A stretch of 64,000 nucleotides of DNA, from assembly GCA_002238425.1 (NCBI GenBank), contig MPMJ01000004.1, positions 37,454 to 101,453 on the forward strand. Reading direction: 5' to 3'. Below the pieces are notes generated by a model, which saw only the letters and a program-made list of their open reading frames with translations, had not been told where the DNA came from and did not search any database. The position numbers were made by a program, and so were the translations under genes. Source of the stretch: SAR202 cluster bacterium bin16 (GTDB lineage Bacteria > Chloroflexota > Dehalococcoidia > Lucifugimonadales > Australimonadaceae). Of this stretch, positions 17,379 to 25,205 are shown in pieces (the first letter of the stretch is position 1; every line of letters begins with the position of its first letter).

Positions 17379-17462
17379 GCGTGGTTCGACAGGCTCACCA
17401 TGAGCGGGCTATCCCGAGAGATGTTTCGACTCCGCCTCCGGTTCCGCTCAACATGACAAGGG
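17379..17462 (+). repeat. Family C repeat, full copy (gtggttcgacaggctcaccatgagcgg...ccgctcaacatgacaagg)
   Basis: The inner arms catgagcgg / ccgctca..atg are inverted repeats. Other copies or halves occur at 1443, 22396, 34729 and 36291. Confidence 0.75.
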
Positions 17463-17537
17463 CACCGGGGCTGCGCTCCCCGGCGGCAAGGTCTGCCCCG
17501 CATTCCGTTTGTGCGGCTGGCTGACTAGAATCCCTCT

Positions 17538-20180
17538 GTGGCCAGCCCCGTCCGCAAGCAGTACCTGGAGATCAAGTCGCGCTATCCGGATGCGCTGCTC
17601 CTGTACCGTATGGGCGACTTCTACGAGACGTTCGATGAGGACGCCCGGCTCGCGGCTCGCGACCTGGAGATAGTCCTCACGCAGCGAGACATGGGGCAGG
17701 GGGAGGTGGTGCCGCTCGCGGGCATCCCGTACCACGCGCTGGACGGCTACCTCGCCAAGCTCGTGCGCAAGGGGCACCGGGTCGCTATCGCGGAGCAGAC
17801 GAGCGAGCCGGACGGCAGGACGCTCGTGAGCAGGGACGTGGTCCGCGTCGTCACGCCCGGCACCGTCATCGAGCCGGGGATGCTGGACTCCGGCGCGAAC
17901 AACTACCTCGCCGCCGTGGCGCAGGGCGGTGCGCAGTCCGGGATCGCGTTCGTGGACATCACCACCGGCGAGTTCGCGGTTGCGCAGTTGCCTACGGGTG
18001 CCGTGCCGCAGGAGATCGCCCGGCTAGCTCCGTCCGAATTGCTCCTGGCGGAGGGGGGCGAGATTCCCGCTTTCGCGGGAATGACGGATGGGGCAGGAAT
18101 GACGGATGGGACGGGAGTGACGGGTGGGGCGGGAATGCCCGACTGCCACGTGACGCGGGTGGACGGGGCGAGTTTCGCGCCGAACGCCGCGCGGCGGCGC
18201 GTGCTCGACCACTTCGGCGTGCGCTCGCTCGACGCGTTCGGGTGCGAGGGGCTGGAGTTCGCGACCGTCGCGGCTGCCGTCGTGCTGGACTACGTGGGCA
18301 GCACGCACATGGCCGCGCTGCCGCAGCTGACCGGCCTGCGGACATACTCGACCGACACGTTCATGGCGCTCGACCCGCAGACACGGCGGAACCTCGAACT
18401 GTTCGAGGGTGGCCGCTGGGGGGCGAAGGGGCAGTCGCTGCTGAGCGTGCTCGACGGCACCGAGACGCCGATGGGCGCGCGGCTGCTCCGGCGGTGGGTC
18501 GGCCAGCCGCTGCTGGACCTCGATGCGCTCGAACGCCGACTGGACGCCGTGGCTTGGCTGCATGCGTCGGACGTCCGGCGTCAGCGCATACGCGCGGAGC
18601 TGGCCGAGGTGTCGGACCTCGAACGGGCGGTGCAGCGCATCGGCACGGGCGTCGCCTTCCCTCGCGAATTGGCGGGGCTGCGCCGCTCGCTCGAACGCGT
18701 CCCGGCGCTGTGTGCGCTGACGGAGGAAGCCGGGGCTGACCTAGCGTGGCTGACCTCGGAGTTGGACCCCTGCGAGAGCGCCGTGGAGCGCATCAAGGCA
18801 ACCATTACAGACGACCCGCAGGGCGACGTGGGGCAGGGGAGAGTGGTCCGCGAGGGCTACTCCGAGGAGATGGACGAGGTGCGGCTGGCCGCGCAGGACG
18901 CGCGTTCCTACATCGCGGGGCTGGAGCGGAAGGAGCGCGAGCGCACCGGCATCTCGAACCTGAAGGTCGGCTACAACAGGGTGTTCGGCTACTACCTGGA
19001 GGTCTCCAACGCCCACAGCGCGAGCGTGCCCGATGACTACGTCCGCCGCCAGACGCTCGTCAACGCGGAGCGGTTCTACACGCAGGAGTTGAAGGAGCAC
19101 GAGAACCGCGTGCTCAGCGCGGGCGACCGCCTGCAGGAGATGGAGACCGCCATCTACAAGCAGGTCTGCCGCGATGTGGCGTCGCATGCCTCGGAGATAC
19201 TCGCGACCGCCGCCGCGCTCGCGACGCTGGACGCGCTGCTGTCGCTGGCCGAGGCTGCCGTCCGCTACGGCTACGTGCGGCCCATGCTCGACGAGGGCGA
19301 GCGGCTCGTGCTGCGCGACGCCCGGCATCCGGTGGTGGAGCGCTTTCTCCCCAGCGGCGCGTTCGTCCCGAACGACACCGACCTCTCCACCGACGAGAAC
19401 CAACTGGTGATACTCACGGGCCCGAACATGGCGGGCAAGTCCACCTACCTCCGGCAGGTGGCCGTCGCGGTGCTGATGGCGCAGATCGGCTCGTTCGTAC
19501 CAGCGGCGGAAGCGCACGTGGGTTTGGTCGACCGCATCTTCACGCGCGTCGGCCTGCAGGACGACCTCGCGAGCGGGCAGTCCACGTTCATGGTGGAGAT
19601 GGTCGAGACCGCCGCGATACTCCACCACGCGACACGGCGGTCGCTCGTGATACTGGACGAGATAGGGCGGGGGACCTCGACGTTCGACGGCCTCTCCATC
19701 GCGCAGGCGGTTGCAGAGCACATCCACGACGCGTCCCGCCTCGGCTGCCGCACGCTGTTCGCGACGCACTACCACGAGCTGACGGCGCTGGCCGACCGCC
19801 TGCCGCGCGTCCTCAACCTGAGCGTTGCCGTTTCCGACCGCGATGGGGAAGTGGTCTTCCTGCACCGCATCGTGCACGGCGGTGCGGACAGGAGCTACGG
19901 CGTGCACGTCGCGCAGCTCGCGGGACTGCCGAGACCGCTCATCACACGGGCGAGGGAGTTGCTCGCGGAGCACGAGGGCATGCCGGCGAAGGGCCGCGCT
20001 CGAGGGAAGCGTCCGCTGCCGGGCGCCCCTCCCCAGAGCGCGATGCCGCTCTTCGGCGGCGTCTCGCCGGAGGCGTCGCGCATCCTCGACGAGTTGCGGG
20101 AGATGGACCTGGACAACCTCACGCCGCGCCAGGCGCTCGACAAGCTCGCGGAGTTGCGGGAGCAGGCAGGGGAGTCGTGA
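17538..20180 (+). CDS. mutS: DNA mismatch repair protein MutS
   Basis: 880-aa ORF with a GTG start. N-terminus KQYLEIKSRYPDALLLYRMGDFYETF, Walker A GPNMAGKST and STFMVEM motifs are present. Confidence 0.95.
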   Translation: MASPVRKQYLEIKSRYPDALLLYRMGDFYETFDEDARLAARDLEIVLTQRDMGQGEVVPLAGIPYHALDGYLAKLVRKGHRVAIAEQTSEPDGRTLVSRDVVRVVTPGTVIEPGMLDSGANNYLAAVAQGGAQSGIAFVDITTGEFAVAQLPTGAVPQEIARLAPSELLLAEGGEIPAFAGMTDGAGMTDGTGVTGGAGMPDCHVTRVDGASFAPNAARRRVLDHFGVRSLDAFGCEGLEFATVAAAVVLDYVGSTHMAALPQLTGLRTYSTDTFMALDPQTRRNLELFEGGRWGAKGQSLLSVLDGTETPMGARLLRRWVGQPLLDLDALERRLDAVAWLHASDVRRQRIRAELAEVSDLERAVQRIGTGVAFPRELAGLRRSLERVPALCALTEEAGADLAWLTSELDPCESAVERIKATITDDPQGDVGQGRVVREGYSEEMDEVRLAAQDARSYIAGLERKERERTGISNLKVGYNRVFGYYLEVSNAHSASVPDDYVRRQTLVNAERFYTQELKEHENRVLSAGDRLQEMETAIYKQVCRDVASHASEILATAAALATLDALLSLAEAAVRYGYVRPMLDEGERLVLRDARHPVVERFLPSGAFVPNDTDLSTDENQLVILTGPNMAGKSTYLRQVAVAVLMAQIGSFVPAAEAHVGLVDRIFTRVGLQDDLASGQSTFMVEMVETAAILHHATRRSLVILDEIGRGTSTFDGLSIAQAVAEHIHDASRLGCRTLFATHYHELTALADRLPRVLNLSVAVSDRDGEVVFLHRIVHGGADRSYGVHVAQLAGLPRPLITRARELLAEHEGMPAKGRARGKRPLPGAPPQSAMPLFGGVSPEASRILDELREMDLDNLTPRQALDKLAELREQAGES
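18062..18140 (+). repeat. Family D hairpin plus 3.7 copies of an 18-nt unit, inserted in frame in mutS
   Basis: gattcccgctttcgcgggaatgacgg is followed by gcgggaatgacggatggg / gcaggaatgacggatggg / acgggagtgacgggtggg / gcgggaatgccc. It encodes IPAFAGMTDGAGMTDGTGVTGGAGMP. Confidence 0.8.
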
Positions 20181-20181
20181 G

Positions 20182-21075
20182 GTGGACCGGGCTACCCGTG
20201 TGTTCGTTGACGGGAACAACGTCATGGGGTCGCGGCCGGACGGCTGGTGGCGCGACCGCGCCGGTGCAGCACGGCGGCTCATCGCCGACCTGACGCCGCT
20301 CGCACGCGGCCCCGGCGCCTGGACGGTCGTGTTCGACGGCCCGCCGCCGGACGAGGCGGCGCAGCCGGTGGGCGGGCTCATCGTGGAGTACGCGCCGCGT
20401 CACGGCGCCGATGCCGCGGACGACCGCATCGTCGAACTGCTGAGCGGACTGCCTCCGGGGACAGATGCGGTGGTCTACACGTCCGACCGCCGGTTGCGCG
20501 AGCGTGCTATCGTGCTCGGCGCGCGGGTCGAAGGCGCGAGCGCGCTGTTGCGGGCGATAGCGGAGGGAGCCATGAGCGAGACAGCGTCGTGGGGAGAGTT
20601 CGAGGCGGCGTCGCCGGAGCTGGCGCGCCTGGGGCGGGGACTGTTCGACGAGACGGGGCTCGTGATGCTGGGGACGATCCGCAAGGACGGCTTCCCGCGC
20701 GTCAGTCCGGTGGAGTTCTTCATCTTCTCGGGCGAGCTCTACCTCGGCATGATCTGGCAGTCGTACAAGGCGCAGGACCTGAAGCGCGACCCGCGGTGCA
20801 TGCTGATGAGCACGGTGCACGACAAGCAATTGCCGGACGGCGAGTTCAAGATGGCGTGCATCGCAACCGAGGTTACGGACGAAGCCGAGCGGAAGGCGTG
20901 GGCGTCGGCGCTCCTGGAGCACATGGGGTGGTCGCCGGAGGACGACGACGATGAGCCGTACGACCTGTTCAAGATCGGCATCGTCACGGCCTCGTTCGCC
21001 AAGATAGAGAACGAGGACTGGTACCGGTTGTTCTGGCGAGCGGGGGATCAGGCGGAGCTTGCGCGGGGCGGCTAG
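20182..21075 (+). CDS. YacP-like NYN-domain protein fused in frame to a pyridoxamine-5'-phosphate-oxidase-like (FMN split-barrel) domain
   Basis: GTG starts 2 nt after the mutS stop. VFVDGNNVMGSRPDGWW...VVFDG...ADDRIVELL...VVYTSDRRLRE is the NYN/YacP part. No stop occurs before MSETASWGEF...LGTIRKDGFPRVSPVEFF (PPOX-like), which has an internal ATG at 20572 with ggaggg upstream. Confidence 0.6.
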   Translation: MDRATRVFVDGNNVMGSRPDGWWRDRAGAARRLIADLTPLARGPGAWTVVFDGPPPDEAAQPVGGLIVEYAPRHGADAADDRIVELLSGLPPGTDAVVYTSDRRLRERAIVLGARVEGASALLRAIAEGAMSETASWGEFEAASPELARLGRGLFDETGLVMLGTIRKDGFPRVSPVEFFIFSGELYLGMIWQSYKAQDLKRDPRCMLMSTVHDKQLPDGEFKMACIATEVTDEAERKAWASALLEHMGWSPEDDDDEPYDLFKIGIVTASFAKIENEDWYRLFWRAGDQAELARGG

Positions 21076-21116
21076 AATGGGCCGCGTTGGGACGTGAGCA
21101 GTGTGGGAGGTGTGCG

Positions 21117-21914
21117 ATGGTGCGAGAGGCCGAGCGGGCAGAAGCGGACGGCAAGGCGGAGATAAGCCTTGCGGAGCAGTTCGCGCTGCACCCGGAGATG
21201 GACGAGCCGGAGGAGTTCCTCGGCGGGCCGTACAACCTCTCGGTGTGGCAACCGAAGGACCCCGAGCATCGCCAGTTCCAGCAGAACGCGCCGAGGGCCG
21301 GCGAGCCGATGCCTGACTTCACGCTGCCGCTGCTGGACGGGGGCGAACTGACGCTGTCGTCGCTGCGTGGGAAGCCGGTGATGATCGAGTTCGGCTCCGT
21401 CACCTGACCGCCATGCGTGGCGGAGTCTCCGTCCATGGAAGACCTTGCGAACAGGTACGCAGACGACGCGCACTTCCTGTTCGTCTACACGCGGGAGGCG
21501 CATCCCGGCGAGCACTACCCGCCCATCCACTACTATGAGCAGAAAGTGCTGCACGCACGTTCGTTCAGGGAGCGGCTGGGGATCGGGCGCACCATCCTCG
21601 TGGACTCGGTGCAGGGGAAGGTGCACCGGGTGTTCGGCGGCGTATCGAATATGTCGTGGATCGTCGACCACACGGGACGCGTTGCATACCGGGCAGCGTG
21701 GACGGTTGCCGACGACATCGAGCGCGCGCTCCAGGAGGTGCTGCGAGCCCGGATGCTGAAGCGCGAGGGGCAGCCCGCGGCGGTGTTCTACCGGGAGATC
21801 GTGGGTCTGCGTACGATGCGCGAAGGGCCGCCGGACGGGCTGCCGCGATACATGGGCGGCGAGGTCGCTGCGCGGCAGTTCGAGGCCGCCCGCCGCAAGA
21901 CGGAACGGGCGTAG
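21117..21914 (+). CDS. Iodothyronine-deiodinase-like thioredoxin-fold protein with in-frame TGA (candidate selenocysteine) at 21405-21407
   Basis: ORFs 21087..21407 and 21417..21914 share one frame and are separated only by TGA plus 3 codons. The read-through gives ..GKPVMIEFGSVT-U-PPCVAESPSMEDLANRYADDAHFLFVYTREAHPGEHY. Start taken at ATG 21117 (gggagg RBS 6 nt upstream), with ATG 21087 as an alternative. Confidence 0.75.
21419..21433 (+). promoter_or_regulatory. Candidate bacterial SECIS hairpin (6-bp stem, GUC loop) 11 nt after the UGA
   Basis: ggcgga-guc-uccguc pairs as G19-C33, G20-U32, C21-G31, G22-C30, G23-C29 and A24-U28. The geometry is the same as at 34485-34499. Confidence 0.55.
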
Positions 21915-21928
21915 GGACTGGAGGTAGC

Positions 21929-22315
21929 GTGCCCATCTACGAGTTCAGGTGCAACGCGTGCGGCGCCAAGTCGTCGGCGTTCTTCAGGATGATGCGTTCG
22001 GACGCCGCGGCGGCCTGCGGCCGCTGCGGGAGCGCCGATACCCGGAGGCTGTTCTCCACGTTCAAGGTCCGGATGCCGCGTCCCGGTCCGGAGCAGCTCA
22101 ACAAGGCGGAGCTGCTGGACGGCGTCGACTACACGAATCCCGCCTCGATGGCGAACTTCTTCCGCAAGATGGGGAGCGCCTTCGACGACGAGCCGAACGA
22201 GCACATGGACGAGATCGTGGGCAGGCTCGACCACGGCGAGCCGGTATACAAGGCACTGGACCTGGATATGGGCGGCCATGCAGGGCATTCGCATGGGCCT
22301 GCTCCGGCAGAGTAG
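21929..22315 (+). CDS. FmdB-family zinc-ribbon protein
   Basis: GTG at 21929 with ggaggt upstream. VPIYEFRCNACGAKSSAFF...ACGRCGSADTRRLFSTFKV has the CxxC...CxxC FmdB pattern. Confidence 0.75.
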   Translation: MPIYEFRCNACGAKSSAFFRMMRSDAAAACGRCGSADTRRLFSTFKVRMPRPGPEQLNKAELLDGVDYTNPASMANFFRKMGSAFDDEPNEHMDEIVGRLDHGEPVYKALDLDMGGHAGHSHGPAPAE

Positions 22316-22332
22316 GGGAACCCAAACAGACC

Positions 22333-22371
22333 CACCCCCATCCTAACCTTCCCCCATCAAGGGGGAAGGGA
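22333..22371 (+). repeat. Family A REP-like hairpin repeat
   Basis: cacccccatcctaaccttcccccatcaagggggaaggga, lying 18 nt after the fmdB-like stop. Confidence 0.85.
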
Positions 22372-22395
22372 TCAGACAAGGGACGAGGTTGCGCG

Positions 22396-22517
22396 CTGAG
22401 CGTGGGGTGGTTCGACAGGCTCACCATGAGCGGAGAGGGCACCCACAAGGGGCGCCCCTACACCAAGCCACCGGAGAGATTTCTCGGCTCCGCTGCACTT
22501 CGCTCGAAATGACAAAG
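22396..22517 (+). repeat. Family C repeat, long copy
   Basis: ggggtggttcgacaggctcaccatgagcgg ... ggagagatttctcggctccgctgcacttcgctcgaaatgacaaagg. Confidence 0.75.
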
Positions 22518-22537
22518 GTGGCGTTGTCGAAACAAGA

Positions 22538-22575
22538 AGAGAGGGGCAGGATTTCCTGCCCCTCTCTTTCGTTCC
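22538..22575. terminator. Bidirectional stem-loop terminator between convergent genes
   Basis: 13-bp perfect stem agagaggggcagg/cctgcccctctct with a 4-nt loop. It is T-rich on both flanks (tttcgtt on plus, tcttgttt on minus). Confidence 0.7.
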
Positions 22576-22593
22576 GGTATGTCCGGCTTTGCC

Positions 22594-23628
22594 TTAGACG
22601 TTGGCGAAAGCGGGGAAGACCTTCAACGGGTTCTTGTTGATGATGGTCAGCTTGTCCTCTTCCGACAGCGAGGGGAGGTAGTCGATAACCGGGAGCAGGT
22701 TGTCCGAGGTGAGGCCGACGGCCGTGTGGGACGGGTGGTCGCTCTCCTGGCGGACGTTACGGCCGGAGCCGGGGGCCTCGGTGCCGAACGCGATGTTGGC
22801 GACGCCCCACTGCTTGATGGCGAGCTCCAGGTAGTCGATGTCGTAGGTGCAGGTGTCGAAGAAGAGGTTGTCGCCCTCCCAGTTGCCGCGGTGGCGGGAG
22901 GAGGCGATGAACCGGTCCAGCGCTCCGCCGGCGTGGGCGATGCAGATGCGGAGGCCGGGGAACTTCGTGAAGAGGTCGCTGAAGGCGAGGATGCGGGTCG
23001 CGAGGAACGTCTCGACGACGAACCCGACCTGGTAGTTGCCGGGGATGTGGCCGATGCGGGGGTCCAGGCAGTTCGTGCCATGGATGAACACCGGGACGTT
23101 CCACTCCTGGCACTTCTCGTAGACGGGGTACCAGTAGGGCTCGTGCATGCCGGGGGAGTTGTGGCGGCCGTCGGGGTCAGGGCTGAGGTAGGTGCCCACG
23201 AACCCGTACTCCTTGACGTTCTTCTCGAACTCCGGGATGCAGTTGCTCAGGTCGGGAGCTTCGGCGATCTGCGGCAGCATGGACGCGCCCAGGTAGCGCG
23301 TGGGGAAGTTGTCGACCTGCTTCTTGATGGTGTCGTTGGTGAACTCGCACCACGGGCCATACAGGTTGCGGGGCATCCAGCCCATCATCGTGAAGGGCCG
23401 GGGGCCGATGACCTGGACGTCGATGTTGCGCTCGTCCATGTACTCGGTGTGCATGGTGTTCGTGCGCATGAACGCTTCGTCGCTGAGGTCACCGGACGCG
23501 GAGCCGGTTGCGCGCAACGGGCTTGCACCGACGTGGCCGGAGGAGAACCCCCCGACGATCCAGGTGCGCACCGAGTTGGGCGCCGATACGTGGCCATGGA
23601 CATCGAAGACCTTTGTGCCTTTGAACAT
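22594..23628 (-). CDS. Amidohydrolase-2 family protein (ACMSD-like metal-dependent hydrolase/decarboxylase)
   Basis: KVFDVHGHVSAP at the N-terminus (HxH metal motif), with ..FIHGTN.. and ..CIAHAGGALD.. conserved His/Asp positions. Confidence 0.85.
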   Translation of the reverse strand: MFKGTKVFDVHGHVSAPNSVRTWIVGGFSSGHVGASPLRATGSASGDLSDEAFMRTNTMHTEYMDERNIDVQVIGPRPFTMMGWMPRNLYGPWCEFTNDTIKKQVDNFPTRYLGASMLPQIAEAPDLSNCIPEFEKNVKEYGFVGTYLSPDPDGRHNSPGMHEPYWYPVYEKCQEWNVPVFIHGTNCLDPRIGHIPGNYQVGFVVETFLATRILAFSDLFTKFPGLRICIAHAGGALDRFIASSRHRGNWEGDNLFFDTCTYDIDYLELAIKQWGVANIAFGTEAPGSGRNVRQESDHPSHTAVGLTSDNLLPVIDYLPSLSEEDKLTIINKNPLKVFPAFANV

Positions 23629-23764
23629 GGGTCCTCCTCCTGTGCTCGCTTATGAAGCGGCTATGTTATCGAACGCTCGCGGCTGGAATCCCCCCTCAGC
23701 ACGCGACGCGCCAGTAGGTCGCGCGGAGGGTAGTCCTTCCAGCCGCCGGTTGCAACTTTGCCGG

Positions 23765-25045
23765 TTACGCGACCAGTACGCCTGCCTCCGAGGGAAGCTG
23801 GTCGAAGATCTTGGCGTTGGCGTACTGCGGGTGGACGGGCACCTGGTGCTGCAGCTCGATCATGTTGCCGGTCTTCCCGGACTCGATGACCGCGAGCGTC
23901 GCCTCCAGCGTCGCCATGCCCCACTCGGGCGTGTGGTAGACGGGCGCGCCGTTGACGACGGCGTCGTACAGCTCCTTGAGTTCGGCCCGGCGGTTCATCG
24001 CCCACCCGGACGGCGGCTTCAGGTCGATGGTGTGGTGGCCGTCGTTGTCGTAGATGGTGATGCCGTAGGCGGAGCGGGTGATGTCGCCGCGCTCACAAGA
24101 GACGACGACGAAGCCGGGCTCGGCGGGCACCCACGGCTCGCCACCGGGGTCGCGGTTCTGCCCCTCGCGCTTGAAGATCTCGACCTCGCGCTCACCCCCG
24201 ATGCGGATCGCCTGCTTGTCGGACTCCTCGTCGCGGGTGCCGGTGATCATGCCGTTGCGCACCTTCATGCGCTCGGTCTCGTCGTAGCGCTGGCGGTCGT
24301 GCCCCCACGGGACGAGCTGTGCGCCCATGAAGTAGCCGTGCGCGTTGTGGATGATGGTAGAGACGGCGCCGTTCTCGAACTCGAAGAGGGCGGAGTAGTA
24401 GCCGGGGATGGGGCGCTCCGGCATCCACTGGCCGACGACGCCTCGCACGTTCTTGACCATGCCGCCGCCGAGCAGGCGCACGGTGTCGATCTGGTGCGGG
24501 CCCTGTCGATAGACGAGCCCGCCGCCCTGCGCGAGGTCCAATTCCTCAGCGACGCGGGGGCGCAGCAGCCAGTCCGTGTAGGCCATGAAGTTGATGGCCT
24601 TCACCGCGCCGAGCTGGCCGGACTCGATGATGCTGTACATCTTGCGGAACGGCGGAATGAAGGAGCGCGTGTGGCCCGCGATGAGCACGTTGCCCGTGCG
24701 CTTGGCGGCGTCGCACATCGCCTGCGCCTCTTCGAGATTGAGCGCCATCGGCTTCTCGACGACGACGTGCTTGCCGTGCTCGAGCGCGTAGATGGTCATG
24801 GGCGCGTGGAACCTGTTGGGCGTCGAGATCCAGACCGCCTCGACGTCGTCGTCCTCGCACAGCTCCTCGATGCTCGCGTAGGCCTTCGCTTCGTAGCGGG
24901 CCTGGAAGCGTTCTCTCGTGAGCGGGTTGATGTCCGCTCCGGCGATGAGGTCGATCTCCTCCATCTGCTCGAAGGCGGGGAGCATCTCTGTGCCGCCCAC
25001 GCCGATGCCTGCCATCGCCACGCCAAGTGTTCGTTTGGTTGTCAT
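23765..25045 (-). CDS. Gfo/Idh/MocA-family NAD(P)-dependent oxidoreductase
   Basis: Has an N-terminal Rossmann LGVAMAGIGVGG and an EKPMAL motif typical of the family. Confidence 0.85.
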   Translation of the reverse strand: MTTKRTLGVAMAGIGVGGTEMLPAFEQMEEIDLIAGADINPLTRERFQARYEAKAYASIEELCEDDDVEAVWISTPNRFHAPMTIYALEHGKHVVVEKPMALNLEEAQAMCDAAKRTGNVLIAGHTRSFIPPFRKMYSIIESGQLGAVKAINFMAYTDWLLRPRVAEELDLAQGGGLVYRQGPHQIDTVRLLGGGMVKNVRGVVGQWMPERPIPGYYSALFEFENGAVSTIIHNAHGYFMGAQLVPWGHDRQRYDETERMKVRNGMITGTRDEESDKQAIRIGGEREVEIFKREGQNRDPGGEPWVPAEPGFVVVSCERGDITRSAYGITIYDNDGHHTIDLKPPSGWAMNRRAELKELYDAVVNGAPVYHTPEWGMATLEATLAVIESGKTGNMIELQHQVPVHPQYANAKIFDQLPSEAGVLVA

Positions 25046-25205
25046 GTTGCTCTCCTTTGCGTCATCGTAGTTCTTCCCACCCGCCCGCCCGGAGCGCTTG
25101 TGGGGGACACCCCCACGCCCCCGGCACAGGGGCTTCGCCCCTCTGCACTCCCCCAGGCAGGCTATCCGGCAGTGTTATACACCTGCACGCGCAAGCGCGC
25201 CACGC

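Noticed and set aside
17379-17405. ggttcgacaggctcacc in family C repeats, considered as possible tRNA T-arm fragments or tRNA-derived SINE-like elements.
   Set aside because: No acceptor, D or anticodon arms can be folded. The motif recurs only as part of the dispersed repeat.
21405-21407. TGA (and likewise the TGA at 34471-34473) interpreted as an ordinary stop, giving truncated genes or pseudogenes.
   Set aside because: Both TGAs fall exactly on catalytic Cys/Sec columns. The frames stay open through the rest of the domain. Both are followed by the same hairpin at the same distance. The pseudogene reading remains the fallback if no Sec machinery exists.
25095-25160. Hairpins gtggggg-aca-cccccac and ggggc-ttc-gcccc, considered as possible small RNA or riboswitch elements.
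   Set aside because: They lie directly downstream of the minus-strand sbcD-like gene. Transcript 3'-end structures are the most economical explanation, and no conserved riboswitch motif was recognised.
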